Part shown: positions 57,201-64,000 of the stretch, piece by piece
Position numbering within the stretch: position 1 is the stretch's first letter
Layout of the letters: every line of letters starts with the position of its first letter
Assembly: GCA_000708835.1 (NCBI GenBank)
Contig: DF237083.1
Coordinates: forward strand, 62,001-126,000
Source: Klebsormidium nitens
Lineage: Eukaryota; Plantae; Klebsormidiophyceae
Direction: 5' to 3'
DNA length: 64,000 nt
Notes under the pieces: generated by a model
Told to the model about the DNA's origin: nothing
Seen by the model: the letters and a program-made list of their open reading frames with translations, nothing else
The model's database searches: none
Made by a program: the position numbers and the translations under genes

Positions 57201-60200
57201 CTTGCTCAGGGGAGCTTTACCCGCGCCGCTCTCCTCCGGCGTCTTTTTAGAGTTTGTAAGAAAAAGTCTAAAAGAAAAGAGAAATGCACCACAAATCACA
57301 AAAGACGGGCAGGAAAACTCCGGCCTCTTTCTAGACGGATTCTTCTAGCAAAAGAACCGCAAAATCACAACAAACTGGAAAAAAAGGAAAAAATTCCCCC
57401 CTCCTTTTTCACCTTGGCAGACGCCTTCTTGCTCAGCGGAGCTTTGCCCCCCGCCACTCTCTCCCGGCGTCTCTACATGCGAAAGCCTCCTAAATGAAAC
57501 CACCCCAAAGATCACAACTCCAGAGATAAAACCTCTAGGAAGAGCGTCAGAGCTTCGACAATTTTCCTAGATTGTTAATCTCTGGAGTTTTGAATTATCT
57601 TTTTTAAACGTCAAAGCTTCCACCCTCACCTTGGCAGACGCCTTCCTGCTCAGCGGAGCTTTCCCCGCGCCGCTCTCTTCTGGCGCCTTCTCCCACGCCA
57701 TGGCCGCATACTTTTTGAGCAGCGACGACACCGCCACCGCCGCAACGAGGCACACGGCGGGCGTCGCAACCAGGATGAGCCGCACCATGACGCCAGCGAA
57801 GTAGAGTGACGTCAGCGAGTACGCGAGGATGAAGATGGCGGCATCGGAGAGGTCCTTGAAGAGGTAGTACATGCCTGCGGGCGCCCGGAAGACCTTTCGG
57901 GGTAAAGTAAACCATCTAGATTGGAGGTTAGAGATTCGACCGCATGGCAAGTGGAGTTTTGCGCACGTTGCTGCGACTTCGATACTTCGCAAGGGCTTCG
58001 CAATTAGGAATCAAGGAACCCTTAAACCGAGATCAGACTCTTGAGTGCTCAGAGAAGGGCTCAAGCTAAGCTTATATGAACAGCAGGGAAAGCGAGTTGG
58101 ATTGCCGAGAACAGAGGCAGACACGCCATAGGCTATGTCGCCGAGATGCTTGTCCTGGCCAATTAGGGAGGCAGCTTGAAGCATACCTCCAATCCTGCGA
58201 CAGGTTTGAAGCAGGCACATGCTCGTACTTCCTGGTGCAAGGCTGGGCTTTAAGGTTTACCAAAGCGTCGCACGATCACTCGAACTGAGGAGACTGGACT
58301 CGATCCGAGATGAGGGCAAAAACAAGGGTAGTCGGGAGCGAAGTTGAGATGGAACAGATGACGAGAGAAGGGGCTTCAACAGGCTGACTCAAGTATAAAT
58401 CAACTATCGCCTAAGGGTTGCATATGAGAGGGACGAGAACTGCGGTTACGTTCATGATGTTGGCGTCACATAATGGCAGCGGGCTCACCGGCGGGGAAGA
58501 GCAGCATGAGCAGGTGGTAGTCGAAGAAGAAGGAGGACCACGTGGTCGGCTGGTGCTCCGACACGGACGCAATGATTGGGATGTTCGCTTTCGCGTACGT
58601 CGGGTCTAGCAGCGAGTAGAAGCGGCCCGTCCAGGGGGAGATGTAACCCGTGGCTAACCCGACAACGGCAGCTGTGCCAGCCAGGCCTAAACCCAGGGTT
58701 AGGGTCAACCGCAGGAGGGCCTGGAACTGCTTAGGGTCAGGGAACTGGGAGCGGAGCCAGATGGTGAATTGGACGAGCTGCAGAGATAGGGATTTGGGTT
58801 AAGGAGAGGGTTTCAACAATCGAGGAACTTACAGCGTTCAATTTCGGGTGATTGTAATTCGGGGTTGATGCGGTAATATGGGCCGCTTAAGCAGTGCTCA
58901 AGCCTGCAGGACGACAACAATTTTGATTTGCGACACCAACTGAACAAACGAGGGTTACGAACTTGCCGCTGACTAGGATACTACTGTAAACTTGCACTGT
59001 GACTCCTCTTGGTGGAGTATCTAAAATGCGCGGATGTGCGGAGCCTTCCACTAACTAAGATGCCCAGCGCCAAAGCAATCATAGGACTGCATCTGCAAAT
59101 TTGTCCATCTGAGCAGCTTGCACTGGCACCTCAAGAGGCAGCTGTTTACATTGTGGAGCCCAAGCTGCTAAGAGAAAGTATAGATGCTATTTCGAATTTG
59201 GTCAGGAAACAAGTCGGATCGACAAAGCAGGATCGGATATAACAAAATCAGGAACCAGAAGTTTGCGAGGTTACTCTGCCAGAGCGGAAGCGCCACAGAG
59301 ATCCGAAAACAGGGGAGTATGAGATGGTCAACAAGTCAGAACGAATGAAATCCTATACTCGATCTTCAAAAGAATAAAGAAATCGACAAGGACACAAACC
59401 TGCAGCAGCAAGAAGACCCCGAGCGCCGCCATGTGCTCCCCTGACTGCACGTGCTGGAAACCGACAAAGCTGATCTGCATCGCGAGCAGTGTGCCCATGA
59501 GGTACCACGTGCAGTACGCGATGTATGTGCGGATGTTGTACCTGCAGGAGAAGACGAGCCTGAAGTGAGTCATCCTTTCAATCCAGTGACGAATCTCTCT
59601 TCTTTGATGAGGCTCTTTGTTTCATTCTTTTGTTTTCTTCTTTTCTTGCCATTTCGCCTTAGAGGTGATTCGTAAAGCCTCTGCGACCATACGAAAGGCA
59701 GAAGGCCCACAAGCTAGTGCCAAGCGGAAACTTCAAGATGCGATGAGGTGTCCCTCTTAAGACTCAATCAGCGTGGGAGAGTATAGTCAGTTTTGACGAA
59801 ACATCACCACCTTCAACCACCAAAATGCATCTATCCTTTCACATCTTTCTTGGTGGTTGCTAACTGGTCAAATCTGCAATTGGTGGTACAGGTATACAAC
59901 GCACCCACTCCAAACTTCCTGGCACAACGACTACATCGATCAACCACTGAGTGTACGAACAGTGCGTACATCCTTGCCTCCTCAGAAGTTCAACGCAATC
60001 CAGAAGAAAGAACAGAATGCCAGAAACTGACAACTCGTGATGCCGATCTTCAACGCGCTTGATATGCATTGACCAAGTTCAGAAAAGCATTCCACTAGAA
60101 AAGGATTCACAATCTTCTTGTTACTGTCTTTGCACAATATTCAATCTGCAATTGGTGGTATCACCAACCAGTGCCCCAACTCTCACCTTCCCGACACCAG

Positions 60201-60959
60201 CAGGATCAGCACGTAGATTGGCAGCAGATTCGTGATGAAGATGTAGCCCCCCCATGCGGACACCATGTAGAAGTACCCAAACGCCGCCGCTACGGCCCAC
60301 GCCAGCGACCCCGTCTTCACCGCTTTTACAAACAGGTAGAATGTCAGCAGAAGCGCAAAGATTGCGACCCCCTCGTTGTCAAACGACCCCGCCACCGAGC
60401 GGGAGATGTAACCGGGGCAGACCGCCATGAACGCTGCTGCTATAAGACCGGTGGACGAGTCCTTGAGCTCCTTCCCGAAGAAATAAGCGACCATTGCGGT
60501 GTTGGAAGCGAAGAAGGGCGCCAAGAGAACGCAGACCTCCCGGATGTTGACGGTGAGCATAAGGCCGTGGAGGAGCCAGTATAACCCGCCGGCAGTAACC
60601 ATAAGTCCTGGGTATAGCGTCCCCCCCACGATGCGCCCGAGCGGGTACCAGCTCTCGTGATCAAACCAGTTCCAAAATTCGTAGAAACCCTTCTCGACCA
60701 GGACTTGCGTGACGCGGTAGTTGAAGTAGGGGTCAAACTCATGGATGACGGACTCAAAGCGGAGGACGCTAAATAGGCGCACGCTGAAGGCGAGAAGGTA
60801 GATCATTGCTAGCACTCCCAGGCGTAAGAGCAGCTCTTGCTGCTTTGTGCTTAGCCGAAGTTGCTGGGGGAGAAGAGCGCCCATGTCAAAAGGCAATAGG
60901 GGCGAGGTGGTGGCAGAGACTGGCGGAGCATCTTGAACGGGAGCGCGCTTGGGCGCCAT
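54205..60959 (-). CDS. STT3B: Oligosaccharyltransferase catalytic subunit STT3B. Exons 60959-60187, 59541-59400, 58777-58489, 57874-57630, 56680-56450, 55953-55607, 55012-54953, 54334-54205 (738 aa)
   Basis: [27 protein letters not shown] and WWDYG motifs; plant STT3B-type N-terminus TKQQELLLR; all splice phases consistent. Confidence 0.95.
54928..54943 (+). repeat. Two telomere-like CCCTAAAA units (TTTTAGGG) in STT3B intron 7
   Basis: ccctaaaaccctaaaa seen directly. Confidence 0.5.
57080..57700 (-). repeat. Tandem ~220-bp duplications carrying the 3' end and donor of STT3B exon 4
   Basis: gcgtctgccaag|GTGA at 57630 (real exon), 57413 and 57186; a partial fourth unit near 57085. Confidence 0.9.
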
Positions 60960-62152
60960 TGCTAGGCAGGCTCTACACAATGCCTATCTTCAAGGAACCT
61001 TTCAAAGGGTGATCAAGCTGCAATCGTGGGCAAGTGTGGACATCAAACCCCCCTGTGCAATTGGAAACTAGAATATGATATGTAGTGCGCCTAAAGAGCA
61101 ATGCCCCAATGCACCAATCCCTTACAACTCCTCCCCGGCAACCTCTCCCAGAACGAGAATTGTGCATCTGCCGGAGGTTCTTCTACCGCATTGCACGGAT
61201 TGAAGGCGGCCCTCAGCGCTCTGCTGTTGACGTACGTCCACTGCTGGTGCCAGAAGCTCTGCACGCCGCGCGCCAGCGGCTGCATTATGCGACCACGGAA
61301 ACTAGAGGGTCGGACTTCTCAATCGTCCATCCTCAGCAGACTCCATCCCTCGGCCAGGTTACCTCTTTTATGCTCAATCGACGGCTGAAACACCCCAGTA
61401 CTACGACCGTCCGATCAGGACCACACGAGATCGGGCCACGGCTGCGGCTGTATCTAGGACAGAGCCGGCAGAGCCACATCATGGCAGTGGTACGCGTACG
61501 AAGGTGAAGCCAGCCGACTGGGGAGAACTGAGCTAGAGCAGATGGCTAATGTAGGCGAAGAGGCCATGAAAGATGGACGTATGTTCTGTTCGACGTCGCG
61601 CCGTTAAGCTCTACTTCCACAAGCTCGACCCAAAAGCCTATGTACACGTCTAAGGTCAGTTCTGCATTTGCTTTTTGGAGCGAGCCTTAGTGCAAGATTT
61701 ATGCACGAACATACTTCATCGCGCTGGCCTGCCTATCGATTCATTTGCAGTCCATCTGAACCTGTGATCCCTGACGGTACGTACTAGCTATAAGTAGGTG
61801 CAGACTTATATAAAGCCCATAGCGACATTGCTGGACGCCAAAAGGGCGCAGAAAGACCAGGATGCCACTTCATTCATACCAATATTCAAGACCAGAACGG
61901 TAGGATCTTTCGCGATCTTCAACCTTCAGGTGACCTTTCATGTGCTTTTACAAAATATCTTCACGAAGCGCTAGCATCGAGTTGACGTGAACCTGTGCAT
62001 AGTCGGGTGCATTCGAGATGTTTTTACAAATGTTCGTGGGCCATCTTATGATTTATAGCAACGGTCTAAACAATTGTCGTATGTAGGTATATATGATCTC
62101 ATTAAAATAAGTATCGACGTATCAGCAATCCGTGATCGGCTGTGTATGCTTG

Positions 62153-63587
62153 TCACGCATCCCTCTTCGGCTCGAAGCTCATGTTCTCAATCAAAACCTG
62201 CCCCTGCACCAGCGCTTCCCACGACGTCGAATCCGATCTTCCGTCCGCAACCGGTGTATGAGGCCCCGGTTGAGCTACAAACAGGTTGTCCACCCCACCG
62301 CTCGTTCGTCGAAGCAACGCGGCTTCGGGGTCCTCCTCTTGAAGCCTTTTGCTTTGCCTTCTCGACGCGCTCCCCGCCCCCATTTGGTGCGCGCTCTCAA
62401 CCAACGGGTATTGCATGCTGATCGACGGCCGACGGAGCTGCGCTGTTTGCCCGGTCTGTCCACGTGTCGGCGTCACGTGCCCCGCCTCCGGCATCAAGTG
62501 CGCCTTCTCCATGACAGGGTACTGCTGACTCGCCGACGGCCGTCGATTGCCATGTGTCGCCTCCCCATTCGCCTCGAGCAACGGGTACTTCCCATCCGCC
62601 GGCGAGATGTAGCTCACACGCTTCCCGTCCGGGTAGTGATCCACCGGCGAAGCTTCGGTGACGACTGACAGGTCGATTCCCGGGCGCTCCATTTCCCCGG
62701 GGTCCAGCACGCTGCTGTTCACCCGTTCCAGACCCCCCAGAAGAGGGGAGTGCATTTTGGGGGAGACTGGAAGCTGGTCCTCTGGATCCGGGCTCAGAAG
62801 CGATGTCTTCTCGCTCTTGTGAGCTGCACGGGAAGAAACGCTGTTCCGCCGCGCGGGCGGGAACTGCTGCAGCTTGGCGCGGGAGAAGGGGGCGCCGTAG
62901 ATGCAGTGGAGGCCGACTTGGATGAGGCCGAGAATGACGCCCGGGACATTCGGTGCCTGCGAGAGATTCTGTGCCGTGAGCGGACTCCGGATAGCCTGGA
63001 CAAGCGCACAGTTCTCTCACGAGTTTTGTTGGATGAGAATGTACGTCGAGCTTTTAGACGAACCAGGAGGAAGATTGCGCTTGTGGCTCATGGAAGAAGT
63101 CCGAGAAACAAGCAACATGAAATTGGCACCTCCAAGGCAAACCCTGGATCCGTAAAACTACGGATCCAAGGGCAGTTTCTTCTTCCGTACGGACAGTTTC
63201 TGTACCACTGTACACGCAGTTTCTTCATCAATGATTTCGCAGTAAGTTGATCCAACGAGATGAGAGTGCGAGATCGGAGTCAATACTACAGAAGATGCTT
63301 CGACTTACCCCGATATAGACGTCGTCCTTGAAGATGGCGAAGGTGCCCCAGGCGCACGAGTTGAGCAGGTTGTTGACGCACAGAGGCAGCGGCAGATACT
63401 CGACGCTCTTGGTCCGGATCACCAGTCCCAGAACGGAGAGAGGTGCGGCGACGGAAATGATTGAGAGTAGGTCGCCGAATGAGCCGACGACTTCGCTCCG
63501 CCGGTCATCTGTGAAGACGCCGAAGGCGAGGACCGCGGTCGCGGCCGCGGCAAGCGCGACGAAGATGAGCTGCTTGCGGGTGGTGGC
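62153..63587 (-). CDS. SWEET: SWEET/MtN3 sugar transporter, 3' part. Exons 63587-63309 and 62956-62153; 5' exons not found in the window
   Basis: AAPLSVLGLVIRTKSVEYLPLPL...WGTFAIFKDDVYIG|APNVPGVILGLIQVGLHCIYG is the second MtN3 repeat, followed by a ~240-aa hydrophilic tail. Confidence 0.88.
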
Positions 63588-64000
63588 CTGGAATCGAGAA
63601 ATAGAGGCTTCAGAGAATCTCCAAAAAGCAGAAATGTATGGAGAACGAGATCCGTACTGAAGATAAAGTTGGCGCAAGAAAAGTTGGTGCAGTGGTTGAC
63701 GAGCAGCCGGGAGGATCGTTGCACAAAGTTTGGGCTGAGACATATCCTATCCGAGTTTGACGAGCGTGTTCAGACACTTCAGTTCCTCTCGGAGTCCATA
63801 TTACTACAGAATTGTAAAAACCTTTGACGACCTCTGGAGAAAGTTGTGCTAACAGAAAGTTGATATTGCTGCGGGTACGATCCAAGGATGCGAAAGCGAA
63901 GCGCGTCCCTGGCGACTGATAGGTGAGACGAAGTTTTGCGGTAGAAATGAAGGTCGATGGTACAATCTCTGTGAAACTGCGGCATCAGCCTTGAAGAAGC

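Noticed and set aside
63600-64000. Upstream SWEET exons
   Set aside because: No MtN3-like translation in any frame; the 5' part probably lies beyond the window.

Overview
Eukaryotic nuclear DNA with GC-rich exons and GT-AG introns. A nuclear-encoded plastid L29, an intron-containing tRNA-Ala and a TTTTAGGG-type motif suggest a green alga, plausibly a Klebsormidium-like charophyte (inference only). Conserved spliced genes that could be rebuilt exon by exon with consistent phases: UBP22/USP22 (+), plastid RPL29 (-), RTF1/VIP5 (+), a HlyIII/PAQR membrane protein (+), STT3B (-) and the 3' part of a SWEET transporter (-). There is also one tRNA-Ala(AGC) with a 24-nt intron. Between the tRNA and STT3B (~28.3-54 kb) no conserved housekeeping gene was found. 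This accessory block holds four paralogous coiled-coil genes (one intact, three broken, all identified premature stops being TGA), a probable piggyBac remnant, a fascin-like beta-trefoil exon and an alpha-kinase fragment. The most unusual items are (i) a spliced gene joining a domain that resembles, from recall, an uncharacterised phage/bacterial/giant-virus family to ankyrin repeats, and (ii) repeated tandem duplication of splice-junction sequence in several genes, including two frame-preserving candidate new exons in STT3B. All family assignments come from motif recognition; no database searches were run.
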